A model generated the notes under the pieces. It ran no database searches. It saw only the letters and a list, made by a program, of their open reading frames with translations, and was not told the origin of the DNA. Positions 24,814 to 38,579 of a stretch of 64,000 nucleotides of DNA are shown here, one piece after another. Source of the DNA: Eledone cirrhosa (lineage: Eukaryota); the NCBI GenBank assembly GCA_964016885.1, contig OZ024742.1, positions 8,370,001 through 8,434,000 on the forward strand. Direction: 5' to 3'. The position numbers were made by a program, and so were the translations under genes. Within the stretch, counting starts at the first letter, position 1. Each line of letters opens with the position of its first letter.

Positions 24814-25010
24814 CAAAGGAATTGTGGTAAGGAACCAGATGGACCATAACGCACCAGAGTACCCAATACTTAGGGTAGTAGAGTGGAAAATAGGAAAAAG
24901 TATGACACCGACGGCAGAGCTCAAGCCGTTTCGACGGCTATTTCTGGACTATCCAGAAATAGCCGTCGAAACGGCTTGAGCTCTGCCGTCGGGGTCATAC
25001 TTTTTCCTAT
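24811..25010 (-). mobile_element. Family C fold-back element (half hammerhead)
   Basis: Palindrome apex CTGGA-CTA-TCCAG near 24950, with GAAACGGC...GCCGTC-GGGGTC. (TA)n on both sides. Confidence 0.9.
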
Positions 25011-25019
25011 ATATATATA

Positions 25020-25160
25020 AAGGAACCAAATAAATATATATATTTTTAAAAAAAATAAGACTCCAGTTGCATTTTCGATTTCATCTTTTTTTCTTTATAC
25101 TTTCACTCGTGTAGGACACAGGTTATTTTTCATTTTGTAAAAAAAACCTCACTTTCTAAT
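25020..25160 (+). mobile_element. Copy of the post-cleavage-site tail of the 29397-29650 element
   Basis: Near-identical to 29501-29641. Confidence 0.85.
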
Positions 25161-25174
25161 ATATATATATATAT

Positions 25175-25893
25175 ATAGAAGAAGTTAATATGCCCAAGGG
25201 TACTAAGTACCCCTAGAAATATATAGGTTGTCTATGATTTAAGGTTGTTCTATGGTATTAATTTGACATACCAGAACTATAATATTAAGATAAGCAGAAC
25301 AAGCAAAATTCAACCATTTTTTAAAATAAATTAAAAAATATAATTTAAATATTTACCTATTCTTTTGGCCCTTACCGATCGGTTTCGCTTTGTAAAACAC
25401 CAGAAATCCAATGGATTTCTAATGGAAAATCAAAGTTCATCAGAGAAGCATTTTCCTTTTCTAAGGCTAAAGACCCAGGGACGATAAAAAATATATTGTT
25501 ATCCGCCAGCTAGCACGGATCTAAAAGGTCGAAAAATGACCCGTACGTGAACTGCCCGAGGTAAAAGCGGGAAAACCATAGACGTGTTGTCTATCTCGTT
25601 ACTAAAAATAGCAGTTAAATAGAAACAACAAATTTGTTCTCAACATAACGGAGAATAATAATAGAAGAAGTTAATATGCCCAAGGGTACTAAGTACCCCT
25701 AGAAATATAGAGGTTGTCTATGATTTAAGGTTGTTCTATGGTATTAATTTGACATACCAGAACTATAATATTAAGATAAGCAGAACAAGCAAAATTCAAC
25801 CAATTTTTTTAAATAAATTAAAAAATATAATTTAAATATTTACCTATTATTTTGGCTCTTACCGATCGGTTTCGCTTTGTAAAATACCAGAAT
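25175..25893 (-). mobile_element. Family A HHR element, 486-nt monomer plus about 230-bp partial tandem repeat
   Basis: TAGAAGAAGTTAATATGCCC occurs at 25176 and 25662. HHR at 25367-25449 (-): CTGATGA...GAAA-CCGATCGG-TA. Confidence 0.9.
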
Positions 25894-25924
25894 TATATAT
25901 ATATAGTGTAAATGATTCAGTTGT

Positions 25925-26275
25925 GTTAAACCAGACGAACGATTAGTACCAGAAGTATAAGTGAGGATATTTCCCAAGATTTGCTATAAATACTAAACCA
26001 CGGGAAGTAGCGAAACGGGGCGAAAGTGTAGTTCCACGTGTAAAATTGAGGGAACTTCCCAATATTTGCTATTAGACCACATCACGGGAAGTATTGTAAC
26101 CGAACGAAAGAATATTCCCAGAAGAGAAAGTGGAGAAACTTTCCAGTGTTTGCTAAAATAGTAGCGTAATTGGAGGACAGATTAGTTCCTTAAGTGAAAG
26201 TGAGGGACCTTTACATTGTTGATAATATGAAAGCCAGGAAAGTAGTGTAACGGTGAGTAGGTGATATAGTTTAGA
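25925..26275. repeat. Degenerate tandem repeat of about 85 bp, about 4 copies
   Basis: TTGCTA anchors at 25981, 26066 and 26150. GGAAGTA and GTGAGG motifs recur. Confidence 0.65.
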
Positions 26276-27112
26276 ACTTCTAGTCTCCGCATCGCTTTAA
26301 CTTACCATTTTACTTGGTTGATTCCACTCACATTCTCCGGTTTTCATCGTCACATTCTCCCTTCCCTCACCCCTCTCCTCCTTCTCTCACCCCTCACCAT
26401 CCTTCTCTCACCCCTTCCCTCTTTTCCCTCACCCCTCTCCTCCTTCTCTCACCTCTATCCTCCTCTCACATCTCCCCTCTTTTATGTCACCCTCATCTCC
26501 TTCCCTTACCCTCTCCGCTTCTCTCACCCTCCTCATACTTCCCTCACCCTCTCCTCCTCCTTCTCTCACTTTCTATTTTCCTGTTCTATTCATTTCCATT
26601 CTTAATACGTTTACTTCATTGGCCGCTTAAGTCCTCTCTCTATATCTCTTAATCTCCTTATCTCCCCCTCTATCTCCTCATCTCCCTCTCTATCGCTCTC
26701 TCTCTCACTCTCTCTCTCACACACACACACCCTCTCCTTTCACTCAGTCCTCTCCTACACCCTGCTTACAACCCGTTTTATTCATAGACGTTTCTTTCAA
26801 ATGTTTCTCTTTAACACACAAAAGACCAGAGATATTACCCCGGCCCCTCCGGCGTCCATTCGCCACCCCTCCACCCGGCACCAACTTACGTGCAAAGCCC
26901 AATCGAGTTCTTTTACTGCTCTTCCTGATCATCAGACCAGATCAAAGGAAGACATGACTTGTTACTCTAAGCGTTGCTAATTGCCAAGTCTCTCTCTTCC
27001 ACCATACTTTCCTTCAACTTAAGTCAACCCAACAAAAAGACAATAACTGCGCCCAATGATGCATTTCGGCGTTTCCACTTTGATGATTAAAGCCCACTTG
27101 TCTATGAGACAA

Positions 27113-27168
<56 letters not shown>

Positions 27169-27255
27169 GTATATATATATATTTATATATATATATTTAT
27201 ATATGTATATATATATATGTATATATGTATGTATATGTATAGATGTATATATATG

Positions 27256-27306
<51 letters not shown>

Positions 27307-27307
27307 G

Positions 27308-27358
<51 letters not shown>

Positions 27359-27399
27359 GTATATATATGTATATATATGTATGCACATATATATCTATA

Positions 27400-27469
<70 letters not shown>

Positions 27470-27840
27470 ATGTGTGTGTATGTGTGTGTGTGCCTACATA
27501 TACACCTTTAATTAATTTATGTTTGTAAGATTGAGAAAGTAGAATATATTATTCATAGTTGACTAGATGTGTAAATATGCATACATACAGATATATAGGA
27601 AAGTATGAATATACATAGATAGAAACAGGTAAATACAGACGTCCACATATATGAGGGTGTGTATATATATATATATATAGTATTATGGATACTATTTATG
27701 GTTATTCATATACAAAAAGCTTTTGTAGTTATATATATTTTTACAAACCCTAAATAGTGATAGGCAGTAATATATTACTACCTTATTACCAGTAAGATAA
27801 ATAGCTCAATGTAATAACATCAGTTGTTTTACAGAGCAGT

Positions 27841-28934
27841 TATATATAAGTCATAAGAATCAAAGTTCCGTTCAAATCATTTATATGCTTACAATTGTTT
27901 CCTCCAAACCGAGGTTTGGTTTCTTCGGAACAATTTATTAATGAATGATCAGATATATGACCTCCTTTTCAACCCAAGAGACGTACAGATACATATGCAT
28001 ATATTGTCGCTTGGTGGGTCGACATCAATTATAACATTTAGCGTGGCAGTATACATTTAAAGATTACATTCATATCAAAAGAGGATCAAATTAAAATAAA
28101 TGTTAAAATACAACATGAAATTAATGCGATAGGATAGTCAGAAGCAGTTAGTATGTGCAATAGTTACACGTGTGGCAAGCACGTGTGTCTTGTTTATATA
28201 ATATTATAGTGCGGCAGGGAGTTACATGTAATACAAGCACTTTAAGCGGGTAATCAAGAGTATTAGGGGCTTGTACTGGTAAAGTATCTTTTATATGAAT
28301 GTTATAGTACCTTGTGTGTAGAGAAATATTATAAATATTTAAAATATTAGAAATGTGTAGCAAAGCGACGATATGGTTTTCGTGTACAACACCATTTTCA
28401 CAGTCCGGAGAGCGTAATATCTCGATTATATGCCCCTCACATAATCCACGACGATTCAATATTGGACGTTTGATGATTCTGTTAGAGTATCATAGTTTAT
28501 CATAGTTTGTTGGTCTTTAGTCCAATATAGCAGGTTGTTAAAGTTGCGAGAATCAACATCGTATTATTTTCCGCACTATAATATTATATAAATAAGACAC
28601 ACGTGCTTGCCACACGTGTAACTATTGCACACACTAACTGCTTCTGACTATCCTATCGCATTAATTTCATGTTGTATTTTAACATTAGTTTTTATTTGAT
28701 CCTCTTTTGATATGAATGTAATCTTTAAATGTATACTGCCACGCTAAATGGTATAATGGGTGTCGACCCACCAAGCGACAATATATGCATATGTATCTGT
28801 ACGTCTCTTGGGTTGAAAAGGAGGTCATATATGTGATCATTCATTAATAAATTGCTCCGAAGAATCCAAACCTCGGTTTGGAGGAAACAATTGTAAGTAT
28901 ATAAATGATTTGAACAGAACTTTGATTCTTATAA

Positions 28935-28940
<6 letters not shown>
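27841..28940. mobile_element. Inverted-repeat element with about 370-bp arms, each carrying an HHR with CCGAAGA core
   Basis: 27841-28213 is the reverse complement of 28571-28940. HHRs at 27886-27932 (-) and 28853-28899 (+): TGCT-CCGAAGA-ATCCAAACC TC GGTTTGGAG-GAAA-CAATTG-TA-AGTA. Confidence 0.88.
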
Positions 28941-28987
<47 letters not shown>

Positions 28988-28996
28988 TATATATAT

Positions 28997-29351
28997 ACAA
29001 TATATTAATAAATGGAAACTATATTTATAAAGCCATATTTATTTTATTATACATATTTCAAGGGCAACCAAGGTAAATTATGGTGCGCTTTCATCAGATA
29101 AAATACAGATTTGGTTTATAAATAAATATTGACATACCCGGAAAAAAAGACAACCTTAACGGTTGGAGCTTCCTGGATATACATATTTCAAGGTTGCCCT
29201 TGAAATATGTATAATAAAATAAATATGGTTTTATAAATATAGTTTCCATTTATTAATATATTCTGTATTTACTCCACTAAATTGTTGAGTCCTTTATATC
29301 AGTTATAACATTTTTAAGCTTGTTGAATCCCAACAAATTAAATACAACCTC

Positions 29352-29355
<4 letters not shown>
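28997..29355. mobile_element. Inverted HHR element related to 18940-19385
   Basis: Canonical HHR at 29042-29103 (-): TTTTAT-CTGATGA...GAAA-TATGTA-TA-ATAAAA. The second arm restarts inside stem II near 29190. Confidence 0.85.
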
Positions 29356-29396
<41 letters not shown>

Positions 29397-29398
<2 letters not shown>

Positions 29399-29650
29399 GA
29401 GTTGAGATGGAGGGTCTATGGTTTTTCTCACAGATGTCAGAAAAACCACAGATCCTCCATCTCAACTCTACTTTTGAAAAGCAGAACTGCGAAACCGGTA
29501 AAGGAACCAAATAAATATATATATTTAAACAAAAAATAAGACTCCAGTTGCATTTTCGATTTCATCTTTTTTTCTTTATACTTTCACTCGTGTAGGACAC
29601 AGGTTATTTTTCATTTTGTAAAAAAAACCTCACTTTCTAATACGTTTCTA
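29397..29650 (+). mobile_element. Hairpin plus U3-A8 variant HHR element
   Basis: 32-bp-arm hairpin at 29397-29470. CTT-TTGAAAA-GCAG AA CTGC-GAAA-CCGG-TA-AAG at 29471-29503, followed by AATAAA. Confidence 0.75.
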
Positions 29651-29700
29651 TATATATATATATAGATATATATATATATAGATATATATATATATATATA

Positions 29701-29870
29701 TAACGAAGAAGTTGTGGTTAGGAACCAGTTGGACCATAACACACCAGAGTACTCAATACTTAGGGTAGTAGAGTGGGTAATAGGGAAACGTATGACCCCG
29801 ACGGCAGAGCTCAAGACGTTTCGACGGCTATTTCTGGAGTCCAGAAATAGCCATCGAGGTCATACATTTT

Positions 29871-29875
<5 letters not shown>
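29701..29875 (-). mobile_element. Family C fold-back element
   Basis: Homologous to 24811-25010. Apex near 29839. Confidence 0.88.
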
Positions 29876-29925
<50 letters not shown>

Positions 29926-29928
<3 letters not shown>

Positions 29929-30099
29929 AAAATGTATGACCTCGACGGCAGGGCACAAGCCGTTTCGATGGCTATTTCTGGACTCCAGAAATAGCCGTCG
30001 AAACGACTTGAGCTCTGCCGTCGGGGTCTTATATTTTCCTATTACCCACTCTAGTACCCTAAGTATTGAGTACTCTTGTGCGTTATGGTCCATCTGGTT

Positions 30100-30104
<5 letters not shown>
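29926..30104 (+). mobile_element. Family C fold-back element
   Basis: Apex CTGGA-C-TCCAG near 29983. Confidence 0.88.
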
Positions 30105-30131
<27 letters not shown>

Positions 30132-30135
<4 letters not shown>

Positions 30136-31418
30136 GTTGAGGGATGCTTAAAGAGTCCGTATACGGTTGGCTGTTTGAGCACTCGATGCTCTTACAGAGC
30201 AGAGTATAATAGCACATAAGAAACGGAGAATCAGTGATGCGACGAATAAAATTGATGAGACATATTACAATCGTTTCTCTGGCGACCAGCTCGGGGTACG
30301 ATCGATGCAGTGATCGAACCTGACTCTGAAATTGCAAGTTCCTCAGATACGTTTCGATTTTTCGAAGCAGTGTTTATATATATACATAGACACTCTATGA
30401 AGAAACGTAGACTAGATTAGCTGCTTAAAACTATCGGGAACAAGGGCCTACAACAATGGAATGTCCCACTGCGGACTTTGCAATATGGAGTTGTTCCATA
30501 TTTTAAAGTATGATAAGATGCTGCTTAACAGCAAAATAGAACGATCAATGTTCTGTAGGCACAAAGCAGCTACCAAGTTCACAAATTTCAAACGAACATC
30601 ATTCGATCCAGCAATCCCAAAATTCGAACTGAACCACCCGGATTTTAATATACTAACTACATACCACCCCACTGTTATTAGCTGTCAACTGACCGACTGG
30701 TCACTAGATCAACATCATAAATCTCCTAACCTTTCTTTCACTCTCACTCCCTAAAGCCATATCAACCCCATTAAGATAAGACAATCAGCATGCGAGACAT
30801 TTACCACACACACACATATATATCAAGTCTCTCTATCTCGATTCTTATCCTCTATCTACCTATCTACTCCTTCCCCATCCTTAGCCCTAGCCCTTCTGTC
30901 TCATCCTCGTATCTCTTCCCCTCTCACCTAATTTTAAAATTATTAATGTTTATCTTTTATCTGCCATTTGTTACTATTTTTATTTTCTACTCTAACCCTC
31001 TGAGATTTGACCACCACCATATATGTATGTATTTGATGTTGCTCTTCATGTTAGTATTATCTTTACCCATACACTTACTTACTAACACCACTATTATCAG
31101 CAATCGTATTCTGTACTTATTATCTTTTTACTTATTTTTTACATCTGTACCTTCTTCACTCTAACTTCTTTCCCTCTTTATCATTATCTTTTATTATTGA
31201 TATTATTGTTTTGATTCTCCGTTCTATACCAACGCCATATGTAAAACTTCTAGTATTCAGATGATTTGATCAGGGGTAAACACTGTATTTAAGGTCGAGT
31301 GACGCAACTTCGAGTAATTAGCGGCCTTTACACTCACCTGATCAATGAAACAATTGTTAATACCTGAAATAAAACCCTTTTTGTACAACCGACCATGTTA
31401 TTTTTCAAGCTTTTACTA
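30132..31418 (+). mobile_element. Decayed PLE 3' end: GIY-YIG/C-terminal remnant, 3' UTR, HHR-like motif, AATAAA, (TA)n
   Basis: CGLCNMELFHILKYDKMLLNSKIERSMFCRHK matches the C-terminus encoded at 38600-38720 (-). GTATT-CAGATGA-TTTGATCAGG...CCTGATCAAT-GAAA-CAATTG-TT-AATAC at 31253-31363. Confidence 0.8.
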
Positions 31419-31644
31419 TATATATATATATATATACACACATTTTAGTACAGCATTAACGAAGCTTTAGACTGCGGCTAAGCTAACGAATGCAGATTCG
31501 GAATGTAGCTTTAGCACTCGATGTAGAACAATACCCCAGAGTTATAACAATACGTTTAGACAGCTTTGCAAATCAAATATAGCGACCGGCAGTCCAGCCG
31601 CATTGCCATAGCAACGAAAAAACTGAATTCAGGGAAAGATTTTG

Positions 31645-31796
<152 letters not shown>

Positions 31797-32299
31797 GAAG
31801 TAGATTATAAGGGTGATATAATTGTAACTCTACTTGTCCCAGACAATGAGATGCCTCATGAGTACTTAGTACGGATTGTTTAGCCTGTATAACAAGATGT
31901 TGACACACATACTATACAACAAAAACATCTAGTAATACAGCTTATTCTTCTTATAATACGTGTTTGATAGGCATGGTCAGCGTTGCCAGTCGGACCCAAT
32001 GTTTCAAAACCAGGCTAATAGTTTAACATTTCTCCATTTAATATATATACATGAGAACATCTAAACCTACTCATTTCACTTCATCGAATCGCATCGAATG
32101 TTTCTAAAACGGGTTCCTTCATGTTCCCATACTGCAGTGTTTCTTTCCTCTTAGAATCCACATTAAATATAAACACGAGAATATGGTCCTTTATTGCTTC
32201 AATCTGTCCAGAAAAGAAGAGAACTTCCTCTTATGACACCTGCTAACCGACCCAAATTCAGCGAATCAGCAGTACACTGCTCGCCTTCTCAAACTTGGC

Positions 32300-32329
<30 letters not shown>

Positions 32330-32330
<1 letters not shown>

Positions 32331-32882
32331 GAAATAAACGTGCTGCGGGGTTGCTAATGGGTTACATATGAATATAGTCAGTCCTTCATCAGTGATCTTC
32401 CAACCATCATTGGTATTTCATCGCTTTAATGACCATATACCTCCGGTTGGTGCGAGCAACGGCTAAAAAAAGTCGTTGGGACACGTAAATAAAGGAGACG
32501 CGAGTGTAAACAAACAAAAATGGTGAAGCAACGAAAAGTGAGGAAGAAGGAGTCAAGTCCCAAATTTCTATGAATTTAAATTTGGTGAAATCGTGAAAGA
32601 GAGAGAATAAAGACCATCAAACCTGGTTGAAATGTGAGCAAGGAAGGAATTTCGCACAGGTCTAACAGGAGGAAGAAGGGGTCTAGTCTGCGAATTCGGT
32701 AAACATAAGTTCTGTGAAATCGTAGACGAGAGACAGAAAAAATGCCGACCGGCCTGGCCAAGCGTGCGAAAGAAAAGAATTACGCACAGGTCAAACGGGA
32801 AGAAGGAGGAGGAGGAGAGGTAGTAACGGAGAATGAGTGAGTGAAGGGTTAGGAAGAGGCTAACAGAGAGAGAGACTGCTAG
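32330..32882 (-). mobile_element. Dispersed repeat, diverged inverted relative of 33780-34320
   Basis: Shares GATCACTGATG, CCGGAGGTAT, TGTTTGTTTAC and a pyrimidine-rich block in opposite orientation. Confidence 0.6.
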
Positions 32883-32883
32883 A

Positions 32884-32914
<31 letters not shown>

Positions 32915-32956
32915 CAAAGTGTTTAAACGATCAAATTTTACTTTAGAACATTTATT

Positions 32957-33003
32957 TGCTGACAATTGTTTCTTCCAGAGGGAAGTCTGGGATCATCGGA
33001 GTA
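32957..33003 (-). ncRNA. Hammerhead-like motif with CCGATGA core
   Basis: TACT-CCGATGA-TCCCAGA CTTCCC TCTGGAA-GAAA-CAATTG-TC-AGCA-AATAAA. Confidence 0.7.
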
Positions 33004-33386
33004 CATAATTGTTATTAGTGTCAAAGGTATCGTGTGGAGAGTCAGGAGTTAAAAAGATGTTCTGCTTGAGAGAACCCAATTACCGGCAGCACTGGTTGGA
33101 AGTGTAAGAGGTATAAGTGAAAAGCACAAGCAAAAAAAAAAAGCAGAAGCAAAAAAATACAGGCAAACAAAGTTATAAGCAAGGAAAATTAGTGTACAAT
33201 GCAGGAGTCAATACAGTCAATAATGCATGTATGAGGAAAGAGTTATAATGCAGTTGAAATAAACATATTTTTTGTTGGGTGTTAAACCGGCTAGTACCAA
33301 GTACTACACTCCATATTTATAGTTGTATCAAACATATAAATATAAATATTTTTATTATTTTATATATATGTGTGCATATGTATGTA

Positions 33387-33713
<327 letters not shown>

Positions 33714-33714
33714 C

Positions 33715-33745
<31 letters not shown>

Positions 33746-33779
33746 ATATATATATGTATATAGGAATGAAAATTGGCGT

Positions 33780-34320
33780 AACAACACAGCACGCCATTTT
33801 TCATTCCTATATGCTTTTCCCTTAGCTGTGACCTGTCTTATTCTCTTCCCTTACTGCTATCCTCTTTCTCTCTCCTTCTCCCTCTTACTCTCATTCTGCT
33901 CCTCTGCTAGCCACCCTCTCTCGGCTAGCCTGTTCCTCACGCTTTCACTCACTCACTCTCTGCTACTCACCCTCTCTCACTTCCTCCAACGTCCGGCACC
34001 GTGCGACATTCTTTTCTCGCTCACACTTCGCACGGTACGGATGATCTTTCGTCTTCTCGTCATTGTTCGCAAGTTTTTATGTTCAAATGAATCACTGACT
34101 TGATTTTCTCATTTCTTCTCTTTACGTTGCTTAACCATTTCATGTTTGTTTACCTGTCTCTCTTTATCCACCCAATTCTTTTTATCTCAATAACTTATTT
34201 TAGCTATTGTTCGCGCTTGCCGGAGGTATCTGCTCTTTAATGCGAAGAAATACTTATGATGGCTAGTAGATCACTGATGGCGGATAGTCCTGGCTTCTAT
34301 TTCCAATTCTTCATTTAATT
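33780..34320 (+). mobile_element. Dispersed repeat, relative of 32330-32882
   Basis: See the partner feature. Bounded by (TA)n. Confidence 0.6.
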
Positions 34321-34332
34321 TGTATATATATA

Positions 34333-34601
34333 TATAGTTATGTAATAAAAAACATAAGGCAATTATTCCATTTACCAGTGGTTTCTTAAAAGCAAAGAAT
34401 TTTGCTTTCAATCATCAGAATGAAAAAATCCTGGTCTGTTTATTGAATTTGGATTTTAAAAACATTTGGTTTTTAAAATCCAAAAATTCAATAAACAGAC
34501 CAGGATTTTTTCATTCTGATGATTGAAAGCAACATTTTTTGCTTTTAAGAAACCACTGGTAAATGGAATAATTGCCTTATGTTGTTTATTACATAACTAT
34601 T
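34333..34601. mobile_element. Fold-back element with canonical HHR on both strands, apex near 34466
   Basis: Plus-strand HHR at 34510-34567: TTCATT-CTGATGA-TTGAAAGCAA...TTGCTTTTAA-GAAA-CCACTGG-TA-AATGGA. Mirror copy at 34367-34424 (-). Confidence 0.92.
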
Positions 34602-34816
34602 AAGCTCTGTTACCTACATAGAGCACTCTTTTTTCCTGGACCTTTCCGACGGAATTACTTCATTTATATATATATATATATATATATATTGGGAGGGTCA
34701 TATTTGTGTAATAATATTGCTAGAATTAATAACAGAACACACTCACTGTTTGGTTGGTTTTCGCTTCTGTCTCTTTTATATCGGTTAATTTAATTTATTC
34801 GGTCCTCAATGTTACC

Positions 34817-34886
<70 letters not shown>

Positions 34887-35164
34887 ATATATGTATATAC
34901 ATATATATATGATTCTCTGTGTGTGAGCACATGTGTGTGTATGTGTCCTCCAATGTTTCTTCTTGCTGTACTTTCCCACCTAAAGTCATTCTTCCCCCAT
35001 CTTAGCAATAATCCAAGGTCAAACCTATTGCTCTGTGTATGAAGCAATAATTCTATTTAACTAAACTGTCAGACCAGAAGAAGTTCACACGTCTTCTACC
35101 GCAACAATCATTGAATGAACAAAAAAGAAATAATTGTAAAAATCGTCTGTGTAAGTTATCCAGT

Positions 35165-35357
35165 GTCTACATATGTTTGTATATACATATTTCTGTGTGT
35201 GTATATATATATATATATATATTTATAAATATATATATACACACAGAAATATGTATATACATATTTATATATTATGTATATATATATATATATATATATT
35301 TCTGTGTGTATATACATATTTCTGTGTATATACATCTTTCTGTATGTATATACATAT

Positions 35358-35395
<38 letters not shown>

Positions 35396-35787
35396 CTGTG
35401 TGTATATACATATGCCTGTGTGTATATATACATATAGTGTCTAGATATGTTTGGATATACATATATCTGTGTGTATATACATATTTATGTGTGTAGATAC
35501 ATATTTCTGTATGTATATACATATTTTTGTGTGTGTATATATATATTTCTGTGTGTATATAAATATTTCTATGTGTATATAAATATTTCTGTGCGTAGAT
35601 ACATATTTCTGTATATATATATACATATTTCTGTATATATATATATATATATTCCAGAATTAGCCGTCGAAACGGCTTGAGCTCAGCCGTCGGGGACTTA
35701 CTGGTTCCTATTACCCACTCTACTACCCCAAGTATTGAGTACTTTGGTGCGTTATGGTCCACCTGGTTCCTTACCACATTTCCTTCG

Positions 35788-35850
<63 letters not shown>

Positions 35851-35960
35851 TATATGTATATATATATTCCTGTATATATATATATTTCTATGTGTATATA
35901 CATATATCTGTGTGTATATACACATTTCTGTGTGTATGTATATATTTGTGTGTGTATATA
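35165..35960. repeat. Degenerate TATATACATATTTCTGTGTG-like minisatellite derived from (TA)n, interrupted by family C
   Basis: Units of about 20-22 bp recur on both sides of 35652-35790. Confidence 0.75.
35652..35790 (+). mobile_element. Family C element starting at the apex position (no inverted arm)
   Basis: Begins TTCCAGAATTAGCCGTCGAAACGG and ends CCTTCGTTA(TA)n. Confidence 0.9.
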
Positions 35961-35972
35961 TAGCAACTTTTC

Positions 35973-36085
<113 letters not shown>

Positions 36086-37247
36086 TTTGCTAGATCTGAA
36101 GAGTGTAAGTTTTAATACTTAAAATATTGTTATAGTGGATGTTGTTTTCATTGAGAAAGGTCAGGTGTCTTTACACAACTGACAGTCCGTAGCTGACCTG
36201 ATAGAAATTAGGAGTACATTAGTGACATCTTGTCATTATTGTTCCGGCTATTGTTCCATAACATTTCACAGAATATATTTTAATCACTTTTTATATATAT
36301 ATTATATGTACTCTCTGTCTTGGTGTGTTGTTTGTCTTTATTGATGTAATATATGAGATATAATAACCAACAGAGAAATATAAGTAACCTCGTGCTTGCT
36401 GAACCGAAACTACATCTCCCAAATTTGAGACCATCTGATATGATCACTTTCTTTACTAGGGACTACACGAACAGCAGGAACATCACGAAACATTCATACC
36501 TAGATTCGATGTCAATAGGATAGATTAAAGCTGATACAGCCTGTATGTTGCCGTCCTACCTGCTAGAAATCACAGCGAAATCTTCATAAAAATCACACAC
36601 ATTTGTTTTTATAATGGAAGGATATATTTGGTGATATATGCCTAGAAAGCCACCCTTGAAATAAAATGGAATTATGCTGGTTTAATAATTTCACAAATGT
36701 TTGCCAATAGAGAGTCGGTTTCTAACATAGACACAAGACTCTCTCATTGGAATTTACACATCAACTAGGTAGATATGTATGCCTGTGTAGATATAGATGT
36801 TATTGTAAGTGTGGTGTGGATGTTTTGAGTTGTATGTGGGCATGTGTATATGCTTTGTATCTGTAGATGTGTATATGCAGTTATTAGATGCAACATATTT
36901 GGAATGTTTTACATATTTTTACTGTTCCATTAACGGATTGTACTTGTAATCTCCTAACTAATTGTATTCTTTCTGTTCCTGTGAAGCCCAGCTTCTCCAG
37001 ATTTGTATTGAGGTATTTACTAACATAACCCAGTGCCCCAATAATCACAACAATAACAAACACTGATTTGGAAAAAAATGAAAAAATTAGACCCGATTTA
37101 TCGAACCCATAACTTTTGCTTAATACATATATATATCTTCGATTCCATACAATTTAGGGTCTCTCGTATGTTGAGGATCACAAATATAATCAATTGTGAA
37201 AGATAGGCATTGAAATGGTGTTGTGTGATGTACTACTGAATATATGT

Positions 37248-37280
37248 CTTGTTGTTGTTATTGTTGTTATTGTTATTGTT

Positions 37281-37379
<99 letters not shown>

Positions 37380-37477
37380 CTTCTTCTTCTTCTTCTTCTT
37401 CTTCTTCTTCTTCTTCTTCTTCTTCTTCTTCTTCTTCTTCTTCTTCTTCTTCTTCTTCTTCTTCTTCTTCTTCTTCT
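37248..37477. repeat. Compound (GTT)n(CTT)n microsatellite, possibly the tail of a minus-strand LINE
   Basis: Read directly. Unique sequence at 37478-37580 runs into (GAA)n on the minus strand. Confidence 0.95.
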
Positions 37478-37672
37478 CGGGAGGGTAGTGTGCAGAGCAT
37501 AATCAAGTCTCCAATTGATTGGACTAGACCCCCCCCCCCCCCAAGCCGGACCAACCGATCTTATCGACTTTATCATACAAACTAAAAAAAGATATCCACA
37601 ACAGCAATGTTTCCACTTGCAGCAACCAGACAGGATTCATATCACAAATATATATTTACAGTAAATAAATAA

Positions 37673-37722
<50 letters not shown>

Positions 37723-37940
37723 TTCATTTATGTATTAGATTTGCAAGATTTCTTATCTGAAAACGTGTGTTGAAACAGATATTGTTATACTTTGGGAGGG
37801 TCATATTGCCAATAAAAACTCACGCACCTGTGACTATTTTTCACTGGGAAAAATTTGTCAGCATTTTCTTTTCCTTTTTACTAATATATCACAACTCGTG
37901 TGCCACACCTCTATTTTTGTAAAACATATATATATATATA

Positions 37941-37984
<44 letters not shown>

Positions 37985-38026
37985 GAATATAAAATGAAAG
38001 TGCTTTTTTAAAAAGGAATTTATTAG

Positions 38027-38145
38027 GTATTGACATATGTTTCTGTAACAGACGGAATACCTATGTATCGCTGCTTGCGTAATCATATAATGTTAGCAAG
38101 TATTCGATAGCAAATGTATAATCAGTTGTCACTTCTTCAGAGATA
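38027..38145 (-). ncRNA. Hammerhead ribozyme in PLE 3' repeat
   Basis: TATCT-CTGAAGA-(A)GTGACA...TGTTAC(A)-GAAA-CATATG-TC-AATAC-CTAATAAA. Confidence 0.75.
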
Positions 38146-38579
38146 TTGGATAAATTGGAAAAAATCAGAAAAATTGAAGTATTTATATTAGTTGTAAGAA
38201 AGGAAGAGAGGGGATTGTATATGACAGATGGCAATTCAATTTACTGGTAAACAAGTATATAAAGGGTAAATAAGAATTTTTGGGAGTGCCTATTTTAATC
38301 TATACTTGACCAATTGAACAATGGACAGGGCTGGTCGTTTGGTGTAGTAGTATTAATACAGATATAAAGTGTCAATTAAGGAAGAGGGAGATTTACACTG
38401 CTACTGAATAACAACAATGCTGGTAGTCTGCTGGTATATGCATTAGGGAATTGAATTAAGAAATCTCATTTTATCTATAGCAGTTTATATCAAATGGTAA
38501 AGAATAGAAGAGTTGATAGAATCAAGACTGATAGGGAATGTTAATATGTATTTTGACAATCAAACGGAGATGGAGACAG

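Noticed and set aside
25925-26275. 84-85 bp periodicity as a C2H2 zinc-finger array
   Set aside because: No Cys/His pattern or TGEKP linker seen on either strand.
26770-26940. Minus-strand CTGATGA ... GAAACGTC-TATG-AATAAA as an HHR
   Set aside because: Stems I and II could not be paired convincingly.
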